From: the human T2T-CHM13v2.0 reference genome, Homo sapiens
NCBI RefSeq assembly: GCF_009914755.1
Contig: NC_060928.1
Strand: one strand, 5' to 3'
Length of the DNA stretch: 64,000 nucleotides
Position numbers and translations under genes: made by a program. Positions 24,675 to 37,857 of this stretch are shown in pieces (the stretch's first letter is position 1; each line of letters starts with the position of its first letter). The notes beneath the pieces are model-generated. The model was not told the DNA's origin, ran no database searches, and saw only the letters and a program-made list of their open reading frames with translations.

Positions 24675-26240
24675 CATCCATTCATGTGTTCATTCAACAT
24701 TCATATTTTCTGGCACCTACTATATGCCAAGCACTGGGAATATAGCAATGAACCAAACAGATAAAAATTTCTGTTCTCAAGGCGCTAAAGTACAGTAAGA
24801 TAGTGAAGAAACAAAGTCAATCACAAGTACATTATATAATATGTCAAAAAGTGATACATGTTATAGAGAAAATAAAACAGTGCATAGAAATAGGAAGCTC
24901 TGATGAAGTGTAATATTAAATAGTGTGGCCAGAAAAACCCTTATTAAAATGTTGATTATTGGCCGGGCGTGGTGGCTTATGCCTGTAATCCCAGCACTTT
25001 GGGAGGCCGAGGCAGGCGGATCACGAGGTCAGGAGTTTGAGACCAGCCTGGCCAACATGGAGAAACCCCATGTCTACTAAAAATTAGCCGGGTGTGTTGG
25101 CATATGCCTGTAATCCCAGCTACTCGGGAGGGTGAGGCAGGAGAATCATTTGAATCCAGGAGGTGGAGGTTGCGGTGAGCCAAGATCCACCATTGCACTC
25201 CAGCCTGGGCAACAAGAGCAAACTCCATCTCAAAAAAAAAAAAAAACTTGATTATTTTCTGAAGAAAGTAAGGAAGCAGGTCATAAGGATATAAGGAAGG
25301 AAAGCATACCAGGGAGAGAGAACAGCAAGTGCAAAAGTTAAGGTGGAACCATATTTAACTGCTCACAAGCAACAATAAGAACATCAGCCCTGCAGAGGGA
25401 GTGGAGAAATAATTCATGATGCCCCTGCTGTAAGAATGAATGGGGGCTAGATTCACACATGGGCACTGTGTGGATTTAAGCCATTGCTCTAAATTAAAAG
25501 TGAAACTGTTACAGGTTTTTAGGCAGTGGGGTTCATGATCTGTCATTTTAAGAGGCTCCATGTTGATAACAGACGGAAGAACTATAAGCACAGTTTGGAG
25601 ACTATAATCTGGGTGGCAAATGAGGGAGGCTTAGATGTGGTTAGTAGCAGTGAAGGAGTTGAAAAAAAGTCAGTGCTGATTATATTTTGAAGGTAGAGTC
25701 AACAGAATTTGATCATAAATTGAATATATGCTGTAAAGAATACATTCAAGACTCAGTTAAATATGTGTAGCCTGGGTAGATGGAAATACAGAGTTGCCAA
25801 TTACTGAGATAGAGAAAGCTGTGGGATGAACAGCTTTCATGGAGAATATTAGAAATTTAATTTTAGACATATTATGTTTAAGATACTTATCTCCAAGTGG
25901 GGATGTAAAGTCATCAGTCAAATTTATTATTCTAGGGTTCAGGGAGGAGATCCACCCTGGAGACATAAATTTGTAAGTTGTTGGCATACTGGTAGAATTT
26001 AAGGCCATGAGACTAGATGGGATCAACACTTACAGAACTGAGGTAGAAAACAGAAAATGTCTAAGGACAGAGCTCTGGAAGTTTCACATTTTAAAATCAG
26101 AGCGACTAGAAGTAACAGAAAGAGCCGTCTGTGAAGTAAAAGGAAAAAGTATAGAGTGTGGTGTGTTCTGAAAGCCAAGAATCAAGCAATGATCAATTGG
26201 GTCAAATGCTGCTGATAGTTCAAGGTGAAACGGGACAGTA
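24675..26240 (-). mobile_element. L2 LINE 3' region, fragmented
   Basis: CATTCAACA...CACCTACTATATGCCAAGCACTG 3'-end signature and L2-like body. Confidence 0.7.
24961..25246 (+). mobile_element. AluS SINE
   Basis: Dimeric Alu with poly(A) tail and TSD TTGATTATT. Confidence 0.92.
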
Positions 26241-28017
26241 GCATCAAGGGAAGGTTCTGCATTTACAATAAGATGACGGCATGTTTGTGAGTTGAAGGGA
26301 GATAGTCACTAGACAGAAAACAATAGGATGCAGGAGAGGCAATGGTTAACTACCTGCCAGAGCTATGTCTTTGAGTAGCCAAGACGGGATGGGACCTTAA
26401 GAGTTGTTGCCTATGCCTATATTTCCTTGGCCTAGGCCAAGGCTCATTGGAGTTCAAAATACTTGTTGGCAGACCAATTTCCTCCATGGGTTTAAAAAAA
26501 AAAAAAAAAACAGATGATAAGACTAAAAAAGAACTCTTTAGAAAATAAATTCATTATCTACTACTTTCCAGGTATATGAACAAATTTGTTCAGCTTCCTT
26601 GGGATGCAGAGGTTAAAAACATCATTGTATCTTCCCCCAATATCAGGGCACAAATTCTCCTATGGAACATAATGTAATTTTAACAAAAATGATGCATTTT
26701 TCTAACTAGTTATTCATGGTACTATAAATATCTAAAGTTAATCACCATTATGTTGAGTACTGTTATACAAGTTGATGAATATTAATTACTAATTAGTATG
26801 CATCTAGATTTCAGTGTTCACATGGAACATCCACATAAAAGGATAAAACAAAAATCCATACCAGAAATGGAATTATTTTTTTATTACCTAATTTTATCAA
26901 ACTCTAGCCCCACTATAATTTGTCTCAAATGCAGATTTCTTCTTCGTTTTATTCTTATCTGATTGATCACATTGAAATGAAAAAGAGTAATGTTACTGCA
27001 TCTTAAAATGGCAATTTTGCCACGGTAAATATTCAGTAATAAAAGTTTACTTCTATGGCTATTTTGGCATCTAGAAAAATGTGGGAATATTTTACTTTAT
27101 TTTTTTGTAATATCTCCACATTGCTCAAATCCTTTTGGCCCACTCTAAAAGGATCTATAAAAACCTTTCATGAGAAAAAGCACTAGTAAGAATCTCTACA
27201 GGTCTAGAGCACTTTATAGCTTTTAAAGTGTTTGTAAATAATATGCTCTCTGTTGATTGGATCTTTATAACTTTCCTGGGCCTCAGGAGCCAGCCAAAGA
27301 GAGTTTGAGAGCAGCTGTTAGAGTAGGAGCCAAAGATTTATCAAGAGTGCCTGCTAGGGAATTATGCTTTGGAAAGTTAAGTTGAAGTCTTAGGTTGTGG
27401 GATAGTTACTGCGATTTGCTTCATCAGCAGCTGTACCAGAGAAGTGGGTGGGTTGTTAATGTAAGATGCCATAGCCAGAAGGGCTCCTGAGAAAGGGAAG
27501 CCTGGGCTGGACCCAGGGAGGTATAGGTTGTAAAGAAAAAGGCTCAGATTATCTCCCTCTACCTAAATTTTTATAAGTGGAAGACTCCTAGTGCTGCTCT
27601 TAGAAATTGCTTCGGATAAGCATAACAGGAGGTGGTTTCTTTGTCTCATAAGAGGTTCAAAGGTGCTTAACAAAGAGTTCACTATGCTGCTACTGAGTTG
27701 TAACTAACATCAAACACTATTTTGTCTCCTGCAATTTCCTCCCTGACATATGGAGATAGTTCTGTGGTATGTTTTACTAATTTTAATTTTGAAAACTTTA
27801 ACAAAAAATGTTTTAAATGTTGACTCAAAACATTCAAAGAGATTCAACTTTTATTCAGTTTCATATTTTTTAAAAAGGCTGTAGTCAGATATAAAAGTAG
27901 TTAAATGATGTCAGTGAATTTATTCTATAATTTTAAACTTTTTAAATGAATTTTAAAATGCCAGATTTTTTCCAAGCTGTAAAGGAAGAACCCTAGCGTT
28001 TTGATTGTCCATCTTTA

Positions 28018-28563
28018 TGTTCCTGGACAAACGTGGTCTGGCTGCTTGTTCTGAGAGGAGGCCCAATAACGAGATATAGACAGACTGGGAAGGAAGGTAT
28101 TTTATTTCTGCAGTGGGTTACGGGAAGAAAGTCAGAGTAACTCACCAGACCAACTTAAAGTTATACGTTTTTCTCCAGGCCTTATATACATTTTAAGCTC
28201 TACGCCTACATGTGGAAGGTCACCTACAAGTGAAGTGTTTCATTCCATCTATATCTAATCTTTAACTAGGGTCTGGGATCTGGAAAATTTTCTCTAGAGC
28301 CTTGGAAAGTTTCTTAATCTTAAGCGGGCCCTAGTATAGGTGTATGTGTAAGAATGCTTTTATTATTCTATCAGACTTTAGGGTCTGAAAAAACCCAGGT
28401 GGGGTCTAAATGGGTTTGTATTCACATTCCAGCCCTCCTACTCAGGCACCCGTTTCTCCAGTTCTTTAATGTGTAATTCACACATTCATCAGGATTATAT
28501 TAATAGTAAAGGGTTTGTGGAAACTAGCAGCTCTGGCTGCTTATGGACACCTGGCCTGGCAAA
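28018..28563 (-). mobile_element. Solo ERV1 LTR related to the 21023-21680 LTR
   Basis: Its reverse complement aligns to the 21.5-21.7 kb LTR end (GGCCCAATAAC, CCAACT.AAA, CTTATATAC); its other terminus ACCTGGCCTG matches CAGGCCAGGT; imperfect TSD TTTA/ATTA. Confidence 0.7.
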
Positions 28564-29389
28564 ATTACACATATGGAATACTATTTTTTTCAATGTAACA
28601 TTTAGGGTGCTTATAGATTTTCTTTCTCTCTCTCTTTCTGTGTGTCTGTGTGTTTTATAAATGTGACTTTAAGAATGATATTCGATCCAAATCATTAATC
28701 TATTAATTAAAAATGTGGCTATATTGTAATAGTAAATAAAGTTGGCTTAGAACTGAATTAGACTTTAGAATGATTATAGAAGTCTTAGCCTGGAACCACA
28801 CAAAGAGATACTCAATAAGCTTCATTAGGTCACAAATCTACCTTTTTCTACAAGAATTATCTGTGTGTTATAGTAACAGGTCAACTCAAGTCAAGGCAGA
28901 GGCCTCCCACCAACTGCATCTTTGCTGCATAATGTAATAATATCTATGTTCTTCCAAGCCAAATAAGCCCCCTGAATCTATTGACCTCTATTATTTGGCA
29001 AATTAAAAAACAAAAACAAACTCCTCCCACAATGGTTTTCCATTTTCTCTCTGAAAAACAAAAGCACAAACAAGAACATGTTCAAGTTACTAAAAGCATT
29101 GCTAAATACTAGCCAATTTCCTGTGAAAATCTTCTCAAAGAAAGCCCAGGAAATTGCAATCACTTAAACACTTAGAGACTACAACATCTTTTTTGTGACT
29201 AAAATGTGTTTATATTTCTGTCTGTCATCTTTTTAGCTATTTTAATTCAGGGAATGCTCTGTTTTATCTCAAAGAAACTAATTTGGGGCCAAGTTCCTTC
29301 TATTACATAGTTTTTTTTACTCCCCACAGTAGTACATATTCTCCCTAAAATGACTATTTAATAAATAATCTTACTTAAATGACACTACC

Positions 29390-29545
29390 TAGTGTTTCCC
29401 AAAGTTATCTGAAGGTAAGAATCACCCAGAGTGTTCCTTAAGATGCAAATTCCTGAGCCCTCAACCCAATGCATTGAATCAGAATTTCCAAGGAAGAAAG
29501 CTTTCCAAATGTTTCTTCTCATTAGGAAAGTTTAGGAAACTCTAA
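29390..29545. mobile_element. MER5-like hAT element
   Basis: AGTGTTTCCCAAA...AGAATCACC...ATGCAAATTCCTGAGCCC...TGAATCAGAAT...AGTTTAGGAAAC. Confidence 0.6.
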
Positions 29546-30107
29546 TTCATCATGGAAAACAGACCTAATCTGCTTTCAGCAACCCAAAAGGGCTGGATAA
29601 AGTTACAGAAAAAATAAATAAAATGTCTATTGACCCCTATTATTTTGCAAATTAAAAAAAACTACCCCCACAATGCAAAAAATGAAAGTTTTCTTTCCAA
29701 ACTTCAGAGGAAACCCTTCAGAGGAAGTTTGAAAAGAAAAAAGTGAGAAAGAATATGTGATCCAATAAGTTTGTGTGTGCTGGGGATATGGTGGGAAGTT
29801 GAGATTGCTACTGCTTGGTGAACTTTATTTTCTCTGTGAAAAAGGAATATGCAGCCATCTGACTGAGAGAAAGACAGGGAGCCATCAGGGGCTCAAGGAA
29901 TATGGTGAAGGTTGGACATAGCTGAGGGGAATGGGAGAGGGGACAGGTAAGAAACATAGAGAAGAGTGCAGAGTGACAGTTGAGTAATCTTCTGACAAAG
30001 CAATCCAAGAACCTGTACATATTATGATGGATTTATGTTTATATAGTGGCCATGATGGCTCCAGAAAACTAAACAGAATGGCACATTCCCTAATGAGAGC
30101 TAACAGG

Positions 30108-30626
30108 TATGGCAGGCAGCTTCCAAGATGGCCTCCAGTGATTCTTGCTACCTGGCAATTCTCTCCCCTTGTTTGTGGATTGGACTTATTAATTCACTTC
30201 TAATCAATATAATATGTCAGACGTAATGGAATATCACTTCCAAGATTAGATTATAAAAAGACTATAGCTTCCGATTTGGGTCTTTCTCTGACTGTCTTTT
30301 AGATTGTTCATTCTGGGGGAAGCCAGCTGCCAGGGAACCCTGTGGAGAGGCCACATGAGCGAGCTTAGCATTGGAATTTTTGAATCCCGGCAACAACTTT
30401 GTAACCATAAAAGTGCATTTTCCAACTCCAATTGAGTCTTCAGGTGACAGCATTTCTAATTAACAGCTTGACTGAAACCACACTGCAGATGTTGAGCCAG
30501 TAATGGCAACGAGCTAAGTTACAACTGGCCTTCCACCCCACAGAAATCATGAGATCATAAATGTGTGTTGCTGTAAATCACTAAATTCTGAAGTAAGTTG
30601 CTATATCACAGTAAATAACTCATACA
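30108..30626 (+). mobile_element. MLT1 (E/F-like) MaLR solo LTR
   Basis: GGCAGGCAGCTTCCAAGATGGCC start, CACTTCCAAGATTAG, end ATAACTCATACA. Confidence 0.75.
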
Positions 30627-30744
30627 ATATGTATGTAAGGACAGACTGAGGAAAACAAAAGAAATGACAAGACATTAAGCCTTAAATATATTGAATATTG
30701 TTTGTAATTGTAATTCTATTTCTTTACTTTTAAAAAACATTTTC

Positions 30745-31052
30745 AGCCGGGCGCGGTGGCTCATGCCTGTAATCCCAGCACTTTGGGAGGCGGAGGCGGG
30801 CGGATGACAAGGTCAGGAGAGAGAGACCATCCTGGCTAACACGGTGAAACCCCATCTCTACTAAAAATACAAAAAATTACCTGGGCGTGATGGCGGGCGC
30901 CTGTAATCCCAGCTGCTCCGGAGGCTGAGGCGGGAGAATGGCGTGAACCCGCGGGGGCGGAGCTTGCAGTGAGCCGAGATCGCGCCTCTACACTCCAGCC
31001 TGGGCGACAGAGCGAGACTCCGTCTCAAAAATAAAACTAAAATATATAAAAA
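30745..31052 (+). mobile_element. AluY with many CpGs retained
   Basis: CCTGGCTAACACGG, GAATGGCGTGAACCC and GGAGCTTGCAGTGAGCCGAGATCGCG diagnostics. Confidence 0.92.
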
Positions 31053-31900
31053 AAATTTTTTTCATGGTTAAGTGAAAATTTTTATATTGCTCATTAAATG
31101 CACAATTAAATTTCTTATTTATAAGGCATGTATTGTTATCTATATTTTTTTCTTCAGGTGAAAAAAATTTGGCCTGTTATGCCTTCTATACTCTCCTGTT
31201 AAAGCACTGATGAAAACAAACTGCCAGAAATAAAAGTAAGGTATTGATAAGCTCTAAATCTTTAATTCTTTATTCATAGCAATAATACTAAGACAATTAC
31301 CCCTTAGTAAGGACAATTATAAAAATGTATTTCTTCAGTATACACATTTATCAATTCAAAACATTCAGATTGTCTTGAAACTCCAAGTCTCTAAAACAGA
31401 AGTATTTTTTACTCTGTATTTTAGTCAACCAGTTGATTAATCAAAACTTGTTGTTTTCTATATGCAGTGATGTTTATAACAATAGCATGTACATATAAGA
31501 TATGCGCCTTATTTTCTGTACATTAAAGAAAATGAAATTAATAACTGTCCTCAAAATTTCAAGTCAATAGATAAAAGAAAATTCAGGAATGACAGGATAT
31601 ATTAATATTTATACATATAGCTCCTCAATCTATCACTTACCTGATTTAGATAATGTGATTTTCTGAACCTTGCCTGAATATTAGCAGACTCTTATCCATT
31701 ACATCAGAGATACTGATTAGATTGGCTTGAGGAATGAGTGGTCTTTATAGAATTATAAATATTTATTCACTAGCTATTTATATTACCATGATGCCCTTTC
31801 TTATGCATCCTATGTGCTCATATGTCTTTGGAAATTATCCTTGACACTTGATTTATGAAATAAAAAACAGACTTCACAGGGTATATTGTAATAGTGCATG

Positions 31901-31936
31901 CACACACACACACACACACACACATACACACACACA
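31901..31936. repeat. (CA)n microsatellite
   Basis: Read directly. Confidence 0.95.
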
Positions 31937-34664
31937 GAGTTTTACATTTTAGAATTGTAATTTGTCTGTTGCTACAAAATAATAAAGGGAATTTTTTGTT
32001 TGTAATAGAGAATATAAAAATATATTTCTTAAAAGTAATCTACTAATTATGTAAGCTACCAGAACTTTGAATAGCAGCAATTTATTTTCTATATATTAAT
32101 GACAAAAAAGGAGCAATTTATAAAAATTAGAACATCAGTATTTTGAGCAACCAGTTGGAACAAGAAGATGCAACCTTGTGTTCAATTAATCAGTTAAAAA
32201 TGGTAAAAATGAAAAAGAACCCTTAATTGCAAAAATTAATTTGTGAAAATTATTAATAAGTGGGACAAAAATTAATCTAATTATATAAGTCTTCTTTAGA
32301 CGACTGAAGCTGGCAAATTTGGTTTATCAAATATCTACTTGAAAAAATCCTAATTTTCATTTAAGTTAGAATATCTACTCAGTTGCATTATAAAACAGTA
32401 TACTGAGTCTTAAACAGTTTCAAAAGATATTTCATATCGGAATCACTGTTTGTAGTTACCTTGCAACATCATTTTAAAATTTTAGAGCTTGGTTAAGTTA
32501 ACTTATCAAATAACTTGAACAGGGTCAACTGACTTTTGCATCATTTCAGGTGATTTCAGTTTGGAAGAAAGCGATCATATATGTATTCACATAAGCACAC
32601 ACATATACCCAAGTATACACACATGCATGTACATATGGACACACAAGACACCACACACAAGCACACATACACATACCACACATACACACAAGACAGGAGC
32701 AGACACCTCAAGTCTCAACACAGGTTGCTTTAGAGCCCAAGGCTCAGCCTAAAGCAGTATACGCCTGCAGGTGACTGTGCCAAATTGGAGAATTGCAGAT
32801 CCTGTTGGGGACAACTCTGTATTACTCAGGCTTATACTTCCACAATGGAAGAACTTAGACTGTCTATCTACTCACTGCCACTTAAAGAAATGTTAATAAC
32901 TATAAAACTCTTCTTTCTTTGAAACAAATTCATACCTCCATAGGTATGAGGGGGAAGAGACAAATAGTCAGTGCTCTAGTCTTCCAGGATTCAGTAAAAT
33001 CTCTTCTCTCAATAATTTCCTTTATAACACTTACATATTGTTATATTTCTTTTAAAAATATATCTAGATAATTTTTGCATTAGATTATGATATCTTTGAC
33101 TTCTTCACTTTTTATTGTATACCCTGTTTGGAAATTTATATCTAATGTCATACAACCAGCTAACAATTCTGTTGATATTTCTCAGCTGTGAATCTCTAGC
33201 AGTTATATTCACCTCTGTGCTAAACAAAAGGTCTACATTCCCAAACACTACATTCTAACATTTGTTAGAAGCATCCTTTGCAAAGTACTGTAAGAATAAG
33301 CGATGTAAAAAGGCTAAAACCAAATTATCACCTTGTTTTCCTACTCTTATCCCCCATTCCAATTTTTCTTATATATGAACCTTTTTCTTAATCAGTGGCA
33401 AAATCTTTGATTCTTCATATTCTTTGAATCTGTATTTTCTTCTCCAGCCTACTGACAATCTTGGTACATGCCTGTGTTATTTCTTATGTTAACTATTTTA
33501 ATCACCTTCTAAGTGGCCTCTTTTCCTGCAGTATCAGCCACTTCTGCTTATCCTCCAGATTACAAGACAAAATCATTTATCTCAATGCAGATCAGAGCAT
33601 GTCCCTTCCCTACTTGGAAAAGTTTTCAGCAGTCCATCATTATTTTCAGAATAACGTAGAGTGTGGCAAATAATTAGTTGTATGATCTTGTCCTTCTGGC
33701 TCCCACACACATCTTGCCACGATAACCAGTTGCTATTTCCTGCATGCAATGTGTACTCACCCTGAATTCACACACCATGCTCCATTGCCTTGCTTAACCA
33801 TGCCTTTTTGGGAAAATCAGATCCTGAGGACTCTTTTCAACCCTCCTTATTCCCATTGAGCAAGCGGAGCTCTATGCATTTATCTTCCTCCTTCTATGGC
33901 ATTTTCAACATACCAAAATTAAAGATTTGTTTTCTATTGGTTTGTACAGGTCTTGAGAAGAGTTATTATTTTAGGTCCTGAGGCTGTGTTGATTTTTATT
34001 TAAGCCTTTCTCTATACTTATCTTAAAAACAAGTATATAATGGGAGAAATTTATTACTAAGAAAAAGTAAACCATGTAAAATTCAGACATTTAACCATCA
34101 GTAAGTCTCTCACATGCAGGCTTTCATTCCCATGCTCTCTCATCTTTCTCTCTCCTGCTTCACCTCAGGATTTATTTTATTTTCTCTACTGCTTAACAAG
34201 CTTCTGCACATGATGAGGTGCATGGGGTCATGGTTTCACTACGTTATTATTGTTGAGGCTCAGAAAGCAATACCCCAATATGAAGGCCTCAGCATCAGTC
34301 TAAGAAGCACAAGTTTTTCTCTGCTCTCCATCTCTCAGTTTCATTCTCCCCTGAGGCCAGTCATAGAAACTAGAATCCCTGCTCCCCAAGGGGGAATCAT
34401 ACAAACCAGAACCCTTTTTCCCAAAGTCAACCATAAAACATAAAAATATTACTCTAATTTTCTTTTTGCTCCATCTGTGTAAAAACTGGTCATAAAGAAA
34501 TGATCTGATCTACCTCATTCGACTATAGGTCATAAGACCCTTATTCCAGAGGGTTCCTGCCCCACATCCAGAAGGAAGGAGGCATGCTCAGAGAGGCCAA
34601 GAATCTGAACAGACAGACCTCGCTGGGTTTTCCCATTTAGTCTATGAGCATTAGGCCACACTCT

Positions 34665-35093
34665 TGTGAAAGGAAAATATCTTGGGCCCCTAAAATCACT
34701 AAGGAAAACTCAAGCTGGAAACTGCTTAGAATCAACCTGCTTCCCATTCTATTCAAAGTTAGCCCTCTGCTCACTAGGATAGATGCATATCTGATTGCCT
34801 CCTTTAGAAAGGCTGATCAGAAATTTATCTGTGACCTGGAAACTCCCTCCCCGTTTCGAGTCTTCCTGCCCTTGCTTCAAGATGTCCTGCCTTTCCAGAC
34901 TAAACCAATGTACTTGTTACATATATTGATTGATATCTCATGTCTCCCTAAGATGTATAAAATCCAGCTGTGCCTCCATCACGTTGGGGTGTCATCAGGA
35001 CTTGCTGAGGCTATGTCATAGTTGCATCCTCAACCTTGACAAAGTAAACTTTCTAAATTAACTGAGACCTGCCTCCAATTTTCTGGGTCCACG
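34665..35093 (+). mobile_element. MER4A-like solo LTR
   Basis: TGTGAAAGGAAAATATCTTGGGCCCC start; 4-bp TSD CTCT. Confidence 0.82.
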
Positions 35094-35195
35094 CTCTCTT
35101 GTCCAATAATATTCTATATGGCTGTCTATACTTTGTTGAACCCAAGCATAAAAATGGAAAATTGCCCCTGTATCTTTGGTCCTACCCTCTAAAGG

Positions 35196-35928
35196 TGTAA
35201 CCGCCCGATGGGTTCACCTTTCCCACTGCCTAGACAGAGCCAATTTATCAACACAGGGGAATTGGAATTGTGAAAGGCTAATTCACACAGAGCCAGCTGT
35301 GCGGAAGACTAGGGTTTTGTTTTTACTGAAATCAGTCTCCCTGAGCATTCAAGGATGGGAATTTTTAAAGATAATTTGCTGGGTAGGGGCTTGGGAAGTA
35401 GGAAGTGCTGATTGGTCAGGTTGGAGATGGAATCATAGCGGGGTTGAAGTGAGGTTTTCTTGCTGTCTTCTGTTTCTGGGTGGGAATGGCAGAACTGGTG
35501 AAGCCAGATTACAGGTCTGGGTGGTGTCAGCAGATCCATCTAATGCAAGGTCTGCAAAATATCTCAAGCACTGATCTTAGGTTTTACAATAGTGATGTTA
35601 TCAGCAAGAGCAATTTGGGGAGGTTCAGACCCTTGCAGCCAGAGGCTGCATGACCCCTAAAATGTAATTTCTAATCTTGGAGCTAATTTGTTAGTCCTAC
35701 AAAGACAGATTGATCCCAAGGCAAGAAGAGGGTCTTTTTGGCAAAGGGCTATTATCAATTTTGTTTCAGAGTCAAACTATAAACTAAACTCCTTTCCCAG
35801 GTTAGTGCAGCCTATGCCCAGGAATGAACAAGAACAGCTTAAATGTCAGAAGCAAGATGGAGTCTGTTAGGTCTATCTCTTTTGCTGTCATACATTCCTC
35901 AGTTATAATTTTTGCAAAGGTGGTTTCA
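35196..35928 (-). mobile_element. LTR8-like solo LTR
   Basis: Minus strand starts TGAAACCACCTTTGCAAAAATTAT and ends GGGCGGTTACA; 4-bp TSD AAGG. Confidence 0.85.
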
Positions 35929-36163
35929 AAGGCTCCCATGTATACCTGTTAAATGTATTTGTATGCCTTTCCTCCTATTAACCTGCCTTTTGAGAGTTGA
36001 TTTTCCTGTGAACTTTCAGAGGGCCAAGGGGAAAGGTCTCGCTTGGCCCTCATGTTACAAAAATGCAAGATCCCACAGCAAAAGATTTATTCTCCAGGTC
36101 TATTAAAATAAAAAAAGATTCTCAGAGAACAGGCATATTGGTTTTCTTGTGCCATATGCTCAC

Positions 36164-36358
36164 CCTTGAACTTGTCACTGCAGTCAGGAAATCTTGGTGC
36201 CAGGATTGATTGTTCCTGACACGCATCCCTCCAGGAATGTGACCCAACATTAGTATGTCTTCTGTGCTAGTTTCAACCTTCTTCTGCAACAGGTTATGCT
36301 GAAAGATGCTGTGATTATCAGTAACAGTTTTTTCCTCTGAAGCTTCCATTGGATTCGC
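36164..36358 (-). other. Candidate 195-nt internal exon of an unknown transcript
   Basis: Branch-like AACTAAT plus CTTTTCTACTTTGTTTAG|G acceptor; AGG|GTGAGC donor; one open phase 0-0 frame. Confidence 0.35.
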
Positions 36359-37101
36359 CTAAACAAAGTAGAAAAGATTAGTTACTGAAAAAGAGGATCC
36401 TCCATCTTCAAAGATGGTAGTGCTTCTAATAGGTACTTTCTCTCCCACTGAGTTCAGTGAAATGTTGGAAGAACTCACGTTCCTTTCAATCCTGTGAACT
36501 TTTGAATATTGTCTATCTAGTGGGACAAAGGCATCCCTCACACATTAGCAACGTTTCTGTCTTTTGACAAAGTGCTGTTAATGTTTCTTTTATTCTGTTT
36601 AAGATTTTATCTATTCAAGCCTTTAAAAGGTGATGAAGGCATTAACATGATTGCTTGGTTTGGGAATTTAAAGTAAAAACTACATCTTTAATACAAAGTA
36701 TGAACTCAAAGACAATAATTATGGTGTTATATGTGTGTCCAAGTGCCAGGGAAACAATAAATATTTCAATAGTGAAAAACAATTTTCCTCAAGTAATGCC
36801 ATTTATAAACAGAGCAATTGTATAATCAATTAGAACTGCATGAAAATAATTTGTAAAAAGAAGGCAGCAAATAAAGTATTTATCAAAGATCTGAAATTTT
36901 AAATGTATAATTATTCATTGCCCAGTGTTTCTTAGAAAGATTATTGTAGCTGCCTAAAGGAAAAGGAGCATTAAAATGCAGGTGAGTTCTCAATAATAGG
37001 TATTAGAGTTGTAGTTTCTCTATTTAAAACCATTAGGGTATCTTTATATTAGTGGACAGTTTCAGAAAGGCAGTAATGACTTCCAATTAAGAGTTCAGTC
37101 T

Positions 37102-37446
<345 letters not shown>

Positions 37447-37673
37447 TTAATTTTAAGTCTACTAAAACCTTTTTTGGTTTGCAAATTAAAGTCAAAATTG
37501 CCAGTGATGCCGCCCTCTAGCTAGAGAAGGACTCTCAGTATACTTTATCTTCTAGAGTCAAATGCTCTGTAGGGCTTGGCTTCCTCCCATGACTTGTAGC
37601 AAACTCACCTGACAATTACCGTGCCAGGAGGAAACAGTTTTACCACATTGTTTGAAGGTTGGCTTTAGATTCT

Positions 37674-37857
37674 CTTTTATTTTTAAAAAATTTATTTATG
37701 TCTTTAATTGACAAATAATAATCGTACGTACAATATGTATGGGGTACAATGTGGTGTTTTGACATATCTGTACAAATGTAGAAAGATGAAATCAAGCTAG
37801 TTAACATATTCATCACCTTTCCTCCTTATCATTTTTTTTCATAGTGAGAACATTTAA
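37674..37857 (-). mobile_element. L1MA 3'-end fragment
   Basis: TTAATTGACAAATAATAAT...GGGGTACAATGTG...ATCAAGCTAGTTAACATAT. Confidence 0.7.

Larger units (their letters stand above)
34251..36054 (+). mobile_element. MER39-like ERV1 LTR hosting two nested LTRs
   Basis: TGTTGAGGCTCAGAAAGCAATACCCC start; sequence continuous across both inserts; TSD TTAT/TTAC. Confidence 0.75.
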
